Source: Dipteris shenzhenensis (lineage: Eukaryota). From it: a stretch of DNA of 64,000 nt. Positions 37,901-50,269 of the stretch are shown here, one piece after another. Position 1 is the stretch's first letter. Every line of letters begins with the position of its first letter. The translations under genes were made by a program, and so were the position numbers. The notes beneath the pieces were generated by a model. The model was not told the origin of the DNA and did not search any database. It saw nothing but the letters and a program-made list of their open reading frames with translations. The DNA lies in NCBI GenBank assembly GCA_047967505.1, contig CM106538.1; one strand, written 5' to 3'.

Positions 37901-40104
37901 CTGAATCCATTAAACTCTTGAATGAAGGTGGGATACCCCACTTTCTCAATTATATAGGCTTTAAAGCATCATCAATACTTTAGAAGCATCCTAATTACTT
38001 TGAAGGAGAAGACTCAAATTCTAATCCTCTCGAGAACCTTGAAGAGCCAGCAAATCTAAAGCCTTACAATGGCTACTTGATATTCCAAAGCCTTAACGAA
38101 TGAGGGCTTTTTGCTTACCAAAACTCTTGGAATACAAAATAGCTTCTCTATCCCACTCATCATCATAATCAAGTGTCATGTTGTGAAGATGAATGATTTG
38201 TGGCAAATGCTAAAATTCTCTAAACCATAAAAGCTATAAGGGCTAGATTAACCTAAACCATCCTTATTACGAACAAATAACTTGTTGTTAGCTAGAGGAG
38301 ACTGAGAAAAATCCTTTTTTCTCTTCTCATTTTGTTTTGTCGACATTAGAGACAGAGGGACAAAGTTTAGGCATTTGCTGGAAGTAGGGTCCCCTTTTAA
38401 ACTACAAAGCCCACATTTGGACCCCCCTAAAAGCTCCTCCACCATTTCTATGCTTGTGGTATTGTGAGTCAATTCTGGGTGTTATCTTTGTCTGTTGCTA
38501 TATTTGAGTTGCTTTGCTTTTCATTGCTTGTTTAGTGATTTGTCTGTGCTTGTATTTGGTTCATCTATATGTGTTTAGGTTTGGTGTCGTATAGTCTTTT
38601 TTTTCATGTTGTTTACGGTTGTGTAGAGATTGTTGTTTCATTCTTGTTGGGGAAGTTTTGGATGCAAGTTGGTTATTTGCTATGTTCAGTTTGGGTTTGG
38701 TACTATTGGGTGCTATGTGCCTAGGTGTTGGTAGTCCATGTCTATTGTTTGACTCTGGTTCTCCTCTGATGTGTTTTGACCAATTTTAACAAGACTTTGT
38801 AGCTGTAAAAAATAAAATTTACTCCCTTCTCTAAAATCTTGTATATTTCATTCATACTCATATTTTAATCTCTACTTAGCTGGGATAACGACTATTAAAT
38901 CTAGCACATCCTTCTCAGTTTCTCGAATGTGGGGCTCCTATGCATTTTGATTTCTTATAGAGGTCCAAGTGTGTCATCAATAAGATCTAGCAATGTCGAA
39001 GGACTTGGCAGTGCAGCAAATCAGCAACCTCAACAACATGTTGGTAACTTGACTTCTCCTTTGCATACCTCTCATAGTGTATCTCTATGTGAACCGGACA
39101 AAAACTCTAGCGAATCAAGCCGCTGCTCTTTCATCAAACCTTCGCCTCACTTGAATTAGCCTTAACCTTGTGTTTCTAGTTGCATCGCATGCTCCTAGGG
39201 ATTCGGAGATGCAAGCTTGCTTAAGCACACAATTCTTTTCTCTTCCACACATTTTCCCATTTCATTGAGAATTTTCCCGCCCCTCCTTAATTGCCTAAGT
39301 CCTTGTGCTGGCCTATTTGTATCACACATGGATTTTGACTCTTCACTCTGTTAGGGTAGGTCTTTTGAATGATAAAATATCATTCACCTTGTTTCCTTAC
39401 CTTAAGTGTAAAATCCTGAGACTTCATTCAATGCTCCTCATACAGACACAGAATGTACCTTTCACAATATGTTAGCTCAATAATATTTTAAATGGATATT
39501 CTTTTTTTAAAAAGACAACTTAAATTAGGGGTGGTATGCCCCAAAGGGACAAGCAGTATATGGCTTGCACTGCAAACAATAAATCTCTAGTAAAGGAGAG
39601 CTCCCTAGAGGATTTGTCCCTTGTAGGGTAACACTCATGTTTGGGAGTGTAGTCTAGATCTTCACACAAGCATGACAGAGATGTGATCTTGGAACTACCG
39701 ACTAAGTCTTTTTCGATGTGTGTGTGTGTGTGTGGGGGGGGGGAGCCTCAAGTCAATGAATCATTATCTGAGTCCACACCTTGATTCTTAAGGATATTCT
39801 TAATGATTGGAACATGTTTAAATGTTGGAAAAATCAAACAAGTTGAATTTGCATTCGAATGGTCTGCCTTGGAAGAAGTCTAAGAACATGTGGCACGACG
39901 CAGCTACGTATACAATGAGATATGCCTTGAAATAGAAATAGTTGGTGAGAATAGAAAGAAGAGAAAAAGAGGGAGAAAATGGTGGATAAGAGAGAGAACA
40001 ACCACTTGCACTATGGCACATGTTAACAAGATGAAGTTCATTCATGTGGCCTGCCCAAAAATGGTATGAGAAAAAGGGGCGAATTGAAAGCTGAAAGAGG
40101 GAGG

Positions 40105-40170
<66 letters not shown>

Positions 40171-40359
40171 AGGGGCAGGGGGGGAGGGAGGGAGGGAGGG
40201 AGGGAGGGAAGAAGAAGATGAGAGAGAGAAAGTGGGAGAAAAAGATGGGATTGCAAATAGCTAGTGAAAGTTAGCCCAATCATATTTTTAAATCCAAATG
40301 AGAATTTCCAAAAACCAACATTAAAAATAAAATAAAATTTAAACTAGATGTGCTGGCTT

Positions 40360-43300
40360 ATATCAACCAAAAAAAGGGGGGTTAGTCCCTAAGTCAACCT
40401 GTACAAAAATTCGACTACAGGGGCCTCCCCTAGGCCTACATTGTGAACAACACGGGGCCTTTGGCCTAACACGACCTACATCGAGCAACCTCCCCAATGG
40501 CCTAACTAACTACTGGATCCACCTTATATATCACCTGGCTAAACTCTCTTAGAAAAATCTTGAATAAAACCGTCAGGGCCATGAATCTGAAACCCCTGCT
40601 AGACTTTGTGTTGGAACGTGTTCTTATTCCTTACTTCCCACATGCTGAGGATAACTTCAACGCAAAGGTATGGCCAACTGGCCGCCAATGTGGATGGGAG
40701 TCCATTGGTATCACCTAGTAGAAGCACGCACCAATGATAGCCAATGAAGAGTTTTGACATCATCCCTGCATTTTTGATTGCAACTTCGAGCTTGCGCCAG
40801 CCTTCTCTCACCACCGCACACCTCCATAGAAGGTGCTGGGTGTCCTCAAGACCGCACCCACAAAGAACACAAGCGGGGTTAATCGCCACTCCTTTTGCTA
40901 GCTTTCTCATAACAGGAAGCCATTGATTAATGATCCTCCAGAGGATATACCTAGCCTTACCTATGACATCTCTTCCAAATATCCTTGAGATGCGATTTCC
41001 ACCACTTCAAGTTGCGTTGCAGCTTCCACTTGCCATTGAGGTTGGCTACCATCATCGACTGGCCCCAGATGAGCCTCTTGTCGATGATTTTCACTGACAG
41101 CTTCCGTAGGGGGGGTCTTCCCAAGGATCCACTAATTCCCCTTGATGTCCTGTGCTAGCACACCGTTGGAGGGCCAATTATCCAAAATATTGTCGAGGGT
41201 AGCTTGGATCAAGTCTGCTTCACCTTGCGAGAGCAAGACCTCACAGCGGATCTCCTCCACTATTTTCCAATCGGCCTTACTGATGGTCCCAGAGATCCAA
41301 CTAGACCTAATCCCTTTCTTGAAAAGATTTCAGGCTTTGGTCAAATCGTGACGAGCGAAGGCTTCACCTTCCTTGTTAAGAGAACGGCTCCACCACATAC
41401 TTTCGAGGAAGCTGCCATCCCCTCTGAGACCCCGAGCCTACCTCTCCACTTTAGCAGATGGGAGCAATCCTTCCAGGCCTAGACCAATATTAGGAAAAAA
41501 GGGAGCTCATTTTGGGGCCTTTTAGCCAAGAAAGAAAACAATCCTCCACCAATCAAAGGAGGGTCAACGTAACGTTAAAAAAATTAGAAAAAGGAAAACA
41601 AAAGAAATGTGGTCGAGTTTGCATTCAATGAGGATACTTGAGCTACTTATTATATCTGATGTACAGTGTAGAATTTGATATTTCTGACATCACTATGCAT
41701 CCGAAGCAGGCCAAAACCTCCGAAAGGGCTTTTGAACCACCGAAAACGGGTAGGCCTTTTTTGCCTTTTTCGCGCCTCCGGGGGCCCATTTTCGGTGTTT
41801 CAAAAGCCCTTCCGGGGGTTTTGGCCCACCGCTCCGGATGCACAGTGATGTCAGAAATATCAAATTCCGCACCATACATCAATGGGGTTATGTCATATCT
41901 TATTGTTTTAGACGAAAGAAAAATCAAAGAATCATGAATTTCTCTTAGGGCCCCAAAATGAGCTCCCTTTTTTCCTAATGGCCCAGCACTGAGGTCTGAC
42001 CGAATAATCTTAGCAGGGAAATCTGATATCATCCTCTCGTACTAGCCTAGGCCTCCCCATGACCCACACCCTTACTTCTGCTGGTCATTATGAACTCCTT
42101 GGTGATTTCCACCCACGGGGCGTGGCCATTAAATGTGTTCACCATCAATTTCCCCAGTAGCACATGTTCTTGAGTCTAACATCCAGGAGCCCGACACCAC
42201 CTATAGCTTTGGGGGCCTTCAGAGGCTCCCATAGAATATAGTGCATCCTTCTTTTTTTGCCTTCCTCAGCCCACATGAATCTCTGAAAAAGTGCTTCGAC
42301 CTCCATCTACTACGTCTTGTTGAACCACTAGGTTGAAGCGACGTAAGTTGTCGTTTTGTGGCCAAAATATGCTGTGCCACCAAACATCGTGCATTCCATC
42401 CCAGACAAAAAGCCCGCTCCATTTTTTGAATTTCTCCTTGATTATGGTTTTAAACCAGTCGAAACATTGACAAAGGTTGACTCCTACGCTCAGAGGCGTG
42501 CCAAAATACCTAACAATCTCCCCTCGAGGCACCAGTTGCACTCCCAATTCTTTCACCCTTTCTTCAGGCGGTCCGGATTGGTTCTTCAGGATTAAGAACA
42601 TCTTGCATCAGCTACACTGTGACCCTGAGGCTTTGCAAAAGGTGCCCATGACCTTAATAAGCCTCTCCACGCTAGCTTTATCTTCCTGCACAATCGAGAT
42701 GGCATCATCTGTAAAGAACTGGCTGCACATTTGTTGTCCCGAGAGAAGAGCCATGCCTTTGATTCTCCCTCCATTGACTTCCTTCTTCAGTAGGTGTATC
42801 AGAGGGACAATACAGATAGCGAAGAGAAGCGGCACCAATGGGCACCCTTGTCAGATCGATCTCTTTAGGAAGAATTTGCCCACCACACCTCCATTGAGGC
42901 AGCTGACTTTACGCGACTTAGCAAGGCAGGAAGAACTTCCAAGTTACCAGCACATGATCGGAGAGGGTTGTGGATGTAATGCACCCTCCCATGAACGGGC
43001 CGCTCAACCACCACCCCTCTTCCGAGATGTAGATTCTATCCAGATGGTCGACACGGAAATTTTGTCCCACCCTTCGATTATTCCAAGTGTATTCTAGCTA
43101 CATCTCCGGCGCGAGCTCATAGACATCCACCAAGGTGGCCTCGACACTCAGCTCTTCCCAAGCCTCCAGTTCTCCTCCTGAAATTACAGCCCCAAGATGA
43201 GATCGATCTTGTAATGTCTCGGTGCAATTCCAATCTCCACTGAGGATCCAATGATCATCCACAGCTTCATTTTTGAGTAGGCGCCACAGCTTGGTTCTCT

Positions 43301-45180
43301 CCTGGGTGGAGTTCGGGGGTATACACTGCCTAGATTGAAGGTGAAACCATCTTTGCAAACTCTCACACCTACAGCCCAACCCGCTTGAACTCTAAACACC
43401 TCTTGAGGGTGGAGAGACTTATGCACTAACACCGCCGACCCTTCTCTCCCTCTACTAGGGCAATTCACAAAATTGGCATGACCTTGTTGATCAAAGGCTA
43501 CCCACCAACTATCTTCACACCCACATTTGGTTTCTTGGAGCTTCACAACATTCGGCTTACACCTCCGGATGACATCTAGACAGCCTTTCTGCTTAATTTT
43601 ACTACTGCTAGCAACCTCTAACGTTCTAGTACAAAGTCTTTACACTTGAGACACTACCCATTTGGAGACCACCATCCAAACTACTGCGGTTAATGCATGA
43701 GGGCCTCATACACATCCTTAAGGAACTTGAATCTGTTCTCCCTGCTTGTCGAAGAACCTCTCCTGGCATCTTTGATGCATTTGGAGAGCCCCCTATGAAC
43801 CATGTGAGATGTACCTATGGTGTTGTTCCCCTTTTCTTGATGCACAAACTTCTCTTCAAGTGCTCTCTTCTGGTGATATGCATCCGACAGCTCTTCTTTG
43901 TTGTCTTCACCATTGGGACGTTGGGGCATATCATGCAGTGGGGTAAATTATATGGAGGCCTTTCTGTGATTTGCTTCCCCTTGTCCTTCCCATCGAGGTT
44001 TGATGCACACCTATACTGGTGGCCATGCGAGGGTGCATCACCAGCAACGTCCTTACAAGATGATACCTTACCTTTCTTTCTGACAAGTTGCCATTGGTCT
44101 TGAGGGGGTGAATGTCGAACCTCCATCCCTTCCGGTGATGCATTCCCCAGGGTTTTGGGGCCTTAACATGTGGGGGTTGTCCATCATCAGTCTCTTGAAC
44201 TCCTCCCCCAACTTCTTTATCCTCTGGGTCCTCCGTCTTGTCCTCCAAGGCCAGACTTGTGCTGTGGGATCTACTCGGGCAGTTCCTCGCAAAATGACCC
44301 AAGCGCTTGCAGACATAACATGCATCTGGAAAGGGAAAGAACTTGACCTGCTGTGCAAACGATGGGCCGTTGGAAGTTTGATCTCAATAAAGTCTGGAGT
44401 TTCTTGAGTCCCGTCCCACAGGATCCATGCTTTCCTTCTCACTACCGGATTGCGGGGTGGTGGAGGAATCTGAAGAACTTTCCCAAGGGCTGTACACCAA
44501 GTTCCCCATCCATTTTGGAAGGTTGGGGAACTCCACCCACACCGAGTAGTCATGGAGCAGAAAATAGTCAATGCTAAAGTCTGGGCTCCATGGGAGCACC
44601 AACACTGCAGAGCCAGAGAATTGGAAGGCTCGGCCCAGCAATTCATTTTGTGTCTCCTTAGAGATGCACTGGCGCAAGAAGAACCATTTGCCCATGAAAC
44701 GAGCAGAGTACGAGTTTCTCGGCAGCTCACATTCGTATGACATGAACTTGGCCAGCTCTTCGCTTGATGGAATTCTTCTTGCAAAAAACAAGTAGAGGCT
44801 GCCTCTCGAGAGGTTTTCTAGTTTGGACCGCACCTCCTCCACTTGTAGCTTGCATGCCACTGCATGCTTCTTACCTACCTCGAACCAAGGCTTCCGTTCC
44901 GCTTCCCTAGCTCTATGAGCCACCTCCGCTAATAAAATTCCTCCTCAGGGAGAGGAGAGAAGCCACTGCGCATTTTCTTGCTGAGAACCTTGGCATACGA
45001 GGGAATCTTCTCATTACTTCCTACTTCCTCCTCGTAGTCCACCACCTCATCATTCGCCTTACTTGGGACCATCTTTTCCAACTTGCTCGCACCTTCTTGA
45101 GAGGGGGACTCCCAGGATTCGCCGTCCTTGTTCATCTCGCACGCACATGCAATAGGAGCAGCCGACTAGGCTGAGTCACT
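40360..45180 (-). mobile_element. degenerate L1-clade LINE (ORF1 DUF4283/zinc knuckle; ORF2 APE endonuclease, partial RT, zf-RVT)
   Basis: ORF1 remnants (LVLPWSPDF..VWVEFPNLP, GHFARNCP). EN remnants (NVRG, LQETK, WILSGDWN). RT remnants (QGCPL.PLLF, FTDD, RYFGTPL). C-terminal CVLCGCGLEDTQHLLWRC..WEVRNK. Internal deletion between EN and RT. Confidence 0.92.
41493..41975. mobile_element. MITE (483 bp, ~27-bp TIRs, TA target-site duplication) inserted in LINE ORF2
   Basis: The left end ggaaaaaagggagctcattttggggcc is the reverse complement of the right end ggccccaaaatgagctcccttttttcc. TA flanks at 41491-41492 and 41976-41977. Confidence 0.9.
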
Positions 45181-45214
45181 TCGGAGGTGCTTCAACAATC
45201 CCCCCCTTTCATGC

Positions 45215-45825
45215 TTCCCACGTAGGTTAGGCATGCATTGGCTCTCACCCCCACTCTCCCACGTAGCGGCGGCTAGTACATGTTTTTGGACTTTGATAAG
45301 GTTGTCACATTACTTGGCAGCCTTTGCCAGATGTATTTTGCCACTAGCACCACCAGCAACATTTGTTGCATTAAAAAACCCAACATTTTTAGCTTCTGAA
45401 AGTGGAACCTCCAACCAAGGGTTTGGAAGAAATGCATACAAATATTCTTTGAAATCCCGTGAGGCGGCGGTAGTGTACCCTTCCCCACACGTGTCATGCC
45501 AAAAATGAAAGAGACAAGAGAGATTTCGTGGCTGTTTTTTTAATAGAAGGTGCAAAAAATTGCCAAGGAGGGCCAACGCGGAGTTTTTGCACGTGGAGGG
45601 GAAAAGTAGGAGGACGTGGTGGAAACCGCGTGGCCCCCCACGGGCTTTATTAGAAAAGGCCGGTGATTGCGCATTTACGTGGACGCCAATAAAAGGCTCT
45701 TTTTGCAGATTTGAGGAGTCACGACCAATTTGACATCGTTGACCGGGAACTAAGCTTGCAGATGGCAGTGTTGGACGAGAAGTCAGATGATGACGTGGGT
45801 TTGACGGATGACGTGGATACGTGAG
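45215..45825 (+). promoter_or_regulatory. ACGT-core (G-box/ABRE-like) and CGCG-box cluster upstream of the AP2/ERF gene
   Basis: cacgtgtc ~45487, gcacgtgg ~45589, gacgtgg ~45613, ~45793 and ~45810, tacgtgg ~45676, acgcgg ~45576, ccgcgt ~45626. Confidence 0.6.
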
Positions 45826-46058
45826 GCATACATTGACTAATACTAAACTCCAAAACGACATTAACGATCACCTAGTCGGAAGAACTTTCCGAAATCTCTG
45901 TCCGTCCTCCGCGGTCGGTGCTTTCCACGCTCACGTCTCCCATGTCCGCAACCTTGCTTCTTCTATACAATTCGTTCACTTCTAGGAATCCACGGAATTC
46001 TTTTTCAACGCCTTGCCATGCTTTTAGCCGCTTCGGCCTTCGCGATCCCGATCCCCCC

Positions 46059-47015
46059 ATGCAAGACGCCCCGGCGCCCTCCTCCAGTACCTCGAGCGAT
46101 CCCCTCCCCCCTCCCCATGACGAGACCTCCTCGTCATACCGCGGCGTTAGAAAGCGTAGCTGGGGGAAGTGGGTCTCTGAGATCAGAGAGCCTCGCAAGC
46201 GGTCGCGCATCTGGCTTGGCTCGTATTCTTCAGCCGAAGCTGCTGCCCGCGCATTTGATGCTGCAGCGTATTGCCTTCGAGGAGCTAGTGCTCGCTTAAA
46301 CTTCCCGGAGTTAGTGCCTCAAGGTGTAAAGAGCCTACCGGTCTTGTCGCCAAGGTCTATCCAGAAAGTCGCTTTAGCAGCAGGTTCTGTGGCCGACTCA
46401 AATTCAGGTACCCCGTCAAGCTCGTCTTGTACTCAAATTATCCATACAAGTACGGCGAACTCGGCGCAAACCTTCGAATTTGAACAGCCAGCAGAGGAGA
46501 TCGAGTTGCCGGTGTCCATGGGTGCGACCCCTTTTAGACGATTCAATACTACCTTGAAGAGAGACGTGATCAGACCTCCACCTTTGTCTCTAGAGTTGGA
46601 GCAGGCAGTTTTGGGTGCGCCGTTTTCTAGCTCCTGTAGTTTGGAGGAGGCAGTTTTCGATGCGCCTTCTTCTAGCTCCTGTCCCGGTTGCTTAATTTCT
46701 TCACGCCAAGACCAGCAGTTCAGCTCGCAGGAGGGATTCAGGGAACAAGGATTGCACTCGCGAACGTCCCGGGAAGAAGAGAAGCTGTCCAACTGCCTGG
46801 GGCAATCAATGGTGGATCAGCTCGCAAAGCCGAACTGGTTGGACAGCGCCAAACATGAGATTTCGCCGAAACCAACAATTGAGCAAATTGCTGATGCGAT
46901 GCTAATAGTGCCCCCGATTCAGGGCGATCCGTGTGCAGGGCAGGGAGAACAGCCCTGCTATGATGAAGATGAGGATATGCTTGCATTGGGAGATCCTTCA
47001 CTGTGGAACTACTGA
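46059..47015 (+). CDS. AP2/ERF transcription factor, DREB subfamily (start codon uncertain; in-frame ATGs at ~45942 and 46059)
   Basis: [62 protein letters not shown]; acidic tail ending LWNY, typical of DREB-type proteins. Confidence 0.94.
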   Translation: MQDAPAPSSSTSSDPLPPPHDETSSSYRGVRKRSWGKWVSEIREPRKRSRIWLGSYSSAEAAARAFDAAAYCLRGASARLNFPELVPQGVKSLPVLSPRSIQKVALAAGSVADSNSGTPSSSSCTQIIHTSTANSAQTFEFEQPAEEIELPVSMGATPFRRFNTTLKRDVIRPPPLSLELEQAVLGAPFSSSCSLEEAVFDAPSSSSCPGCLISSRQDQQFSSQEGFREQGLHSRTSREEEKLSNCLGQSMVDQLAKPNWLDSAKHEISPKPTIEQIADAMLIVPPIQGDPCAGQGEQPCYDEDEDMLALGDPSLWNY

Positions 47016-47721
47016 AAGCTTCACCGTGGAGCAGTTTTGTTAAGCTCTCTTGGACTGAAGCACACGTGTCATTCCACTCAGCTCCCATATTATATAATGG
47101 GAGTCGGCAGATTCTTGCCGTTTGTATACTGTGACCACTTGGAAATTACGAGGGCTTTCACGTGCCAAGATCATCGAACATTCTATGCTTTATTATGAGA
47201 ACTAGTTGTGTAGTATGTACCGGTCATTGGGGGAATGCCATGTGGAGGGCCTCAGCTTGCAAGGAAGAGTGGTGCCACTCCTTGCCACATGGCACCCTTC
47301 TTTATTAGAAATTAGAAATTAGAAATTAGAAATGTGACACACTTAGAATATGCTTTCCCCCCCGAGTGTATCAACCTCGTGCAAAGCCATAACTAGATCC
47401 GGGTAGGCAGCTGCTGTTAATGTGAAGCGTTCTTGGTTTGATATTCCAAAAATGGACATGAAGCCTTTCATTCATGTCAAGATTTAATAGTCTTAAGGCT
47501 AACAATAGTAGCAAAAATACTTGATGCACTTTGAAGTGGAGTTTTAATAGTAATAATATTATAACGCATCAACATTTGTTAAAGTTTAATGGATACCCAA
47601 AAAGAAGAGTTCATGCTTTAATGAATACAAAATTCAGGACTCTTGCAAAAGTATGACTTAACAGTGGTTCAAAATCTGAAGTCTTGTCCATGTATCAAAA
47701 ATGGACTTTCATGCAAATACT

Positions 47722-48889
47722 TTAGACTATGTCCCTATTTTTGAGGAAGTAGTATTTCTTTGTAGATGATGGATTTCCACGGAGATTGTTGTAGCCACTT
47801 GTCGAGTCAGTCGTGTTGAGATCTTTTATGAATTTTTCTTCCAGTGTATCTCCCTTGCTTTTTTTGTCCCTTGTCACTAGGACTTCTGCTTTGAAATTCT
47901 TATGGAACAGTTTGTGCCTGTTGACATCAGGTTTCATTTTCGAAGGAGGGTTAGTTTTGTGTCGTGCAAGTCGTTTGTGAAGATCACTAGTTTGTCCAAT
48001 ATATCATTTTGTTATAGGAATGCATTGAATACAATATACGTAATAAGTGCCCTTTGTGCCTTCTTCTTTGTCTTCGTTGCACTTTCCTATGTGTAATATG
48101 ACATTCAAGAGCTATGAGTTATTTCATGATTACGTGAGAATGAAGATAGCATGTTTCATAAGATTTGTAGTGAAGAATGTACCTGTAGGCGGTGGTGTTA
48201 CATTGGCCTTTGGTGGAGTTGGGAAGAATTCGAAATGTTCGCCATATGCTTGTTTTGCGAAATTGAAATCGACAACGACAGTCACATGTTCTATTATAAT
48301 CGGCAACTCCTTTCCCTTTTTTGCTTGATCACTTTGGTAGATGTTGTTAAACTCTGCTAGTATCACATTTCTAGTCTTTCGATCTATTTTGAGGAGCTCG
48401 TCCAAGTTGACATTGTGGCCAAAATGGAGAGCTTCAAGGCAGTAAGTTGAAATCCCTTCTGAATGTTGATCTATTACAGCTTGTGCTTCTGTTCTCAACA
48501 TCATTGGAGTAATGAGATCGTTTTATTTGTGATTTTTCGAATAAGGTACTTTGTTAGTGCTGCATCATTCTTGTATTGAGTGTTGGAACAGGAAAGAAAA
48601 TTTGAATTTGTAAAGCCAAGCATTATGATATTTACAATCAACCCTCATGTCTTTGTCCCCATGTTCGTCTTTCCATTGCTATACATCCTGTTGGTTGTTG
48701 TCCATGAAATTCCTGAGCTCTTGTAGTGTGCTCCATCCGTAAATGTACTCATGTGGCACTTTTCTTGCCATGTTTGCAAGTTGCATCTGAGCTGTATACA
48801 AGAAGTAACTTTGCCCCTTTCTTCTTTTTGCTGATTTCTCGAGATCTTGTTGAGCCAATCGAGCTTTGATTTTAAATTGATTGAAAATC
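47722..48889 (-). pseudogene. ~390-codon decayed ORF/exon with a C-terminal GIY-YIG endonuclease
   Basis: Manual single-frame translation through stops: ...YYVYCIQCIPITK*YIGQTSDLHKRLARHKTNPPSKMK...LEEKFIKDLNTTDSTSGYNNLRGNP. Preceded by a ctgcag acceptor-like site at ~48890. Confidence 0.85.
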
Positions 48890-49175
48890 TGCAGACGAAG
48901 AATTTAAGGTAGAATCAAGGAAAAAGAATTATATGTAGCAATGAATATAATAATGAATTAACATCTGTGTGAATGAGACTCAAAGGGCCTCATATGGATT
49001 GGATTAAGAAATGGATTAGTCCTAATGAAAGGGCCAAAGTAGGTCCCAAAATTCCTAACCCCCCCTCACCTAGGTGGGTTAAGCCCAAAAGTGACCCCAC
49101 CTCTTACACCTCTTACAAAACTCTTATTCCTAGGTGAGAACCAAAATTTCAAAATTCAAAATTCGAATTTTGAAT

Positions 49176-50020
49176 TCCCTCCCTCCTTCTCTCTCCTCCC
49201 TCCCTCCCTCCCCCTCCCTCACTCTCCCTCCTAACTCTCTCCTCCCCCTCCCTCCCTCCCTCCTCCCCCTCCCCTCTCCTCCCCTCCCCCTCCCTCTCCT
49301 CACCCCCTCCTCTCCCTTCCACCTCCTCCCCCTCCCTCCCTCCCTCCTCCACGCCTGCTCCTCCTGCACTCCCCCTCCCTCCCTGCTCCATGCTTGCTCC
49401 TCCTCCCCTCCCCCTCCCTCCTCCTCCACCGCTGCTCCTCCTCCCCCCTCCCTCTTGCTCCTCCCTCCTCCCTCCCTCCTCCTCCACGCCTACTCCTCCT
49501 CACCCTCCACACCTGCTGGTCTGCCCCCCTTTCCTCCTCTTCAATTATTGGTCCTCCCTCCCCCATCCCTCCTCCTCCTCGCCCTCCCTCTTCCTGCGTG
49601 CTACTCCTTCAAGCCTGCATCTCCACACCTTCTCCTTCTCTATACTCCTTTAGTCATGGCACCATTCGAGGATGTCTCCAACAAGTACCAAGTTCACTTA
49701 GAGTTGGAGGCTGAATATTAATTGTATACAAATATTAAATAAATATATTGCTTATTCTGACAACAATTTGTGTACTCACTCTTTAATGTCTTGCTTATTT
49801 TGACCACAATTTTTGTACTCACACGACATTGGGGAAAGTGGGGACATGGTGAAGGAGGGGGGAGAGAAGGGAGGGGCGTGGGGTGAGGCAAGGGGAGGGG
49901 TCGAGTGGTAGCAAGGGTGGGGGAAGGGGGGGATGGGGGGTATGGGGGAGGGCAACGGGTGTGGGCGGGGCAAGTAGGGGGAGGGCAAGGGGGGGAGGGC
50001 GACGAGGGACGGGGGCACGA
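49176..50020. repeat. low-complexity C-rich tract (49176-49600) and G-rich tract (49830-50020)
   Basis: (CCT/CCCT)n-like run followed by a G-rich run of opposite polarity. Confidence 0.9.
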
Positions 50021-50269
50021 TGAAACCCTAAATGTAATTAAAAGGAATGTCAAAACATGATGGGCCCTTATAAAACATTAAACAAAACCCTAACTCTCAT
50101 TATTCAATGGCAAGAGTGAAGAACATTGCTAGACCCACTGGACGTCGCCTCCACCCTTCTTCCTCTAGCTCCACCACGTCCATGGCATCATGCACACGAA
50201 TGTATTCGGGTCCGGTGGTGCCTCCCCCGACTCTCATGAGCCCTCCCCAACTCTCGTGAGGTTTCTTAG

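Noticed and set aside
41638-42032. Mirror-image ORFs sharing EFDISDIT on both strands
   Set aside because: An artefact of the inverted repeat inside the MITE, not paralogous genes.
45918-46058. N-terminal extension of the AP2/ERF ORF from the GTG at 45918
   Set aside because: Non-ATG start in a eukaryote; the region looks like core promoter or 5' UTR.
47304-47332. Telomere-like heptamer array
   Set aside because: The unit is TTAGAAA rather than TTTAGGG, and there are only four copies.
47722-48100. GIY-YIG as an organellar group I intron homing endonuclease or a Penelope element
   Set aside because: No flanking organellar gene, intron core or Penelope RT is visible in the window. Not excluded without searches, but less parsimonious than association with the adjacent Rep.
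49130-50053. Pro/Leu-rich and Gly/Glu/Arg-rich ORFs on both strands
   Set aside because: These are by-products of low-complexity C- and G-rich tracts that lack stop codons.
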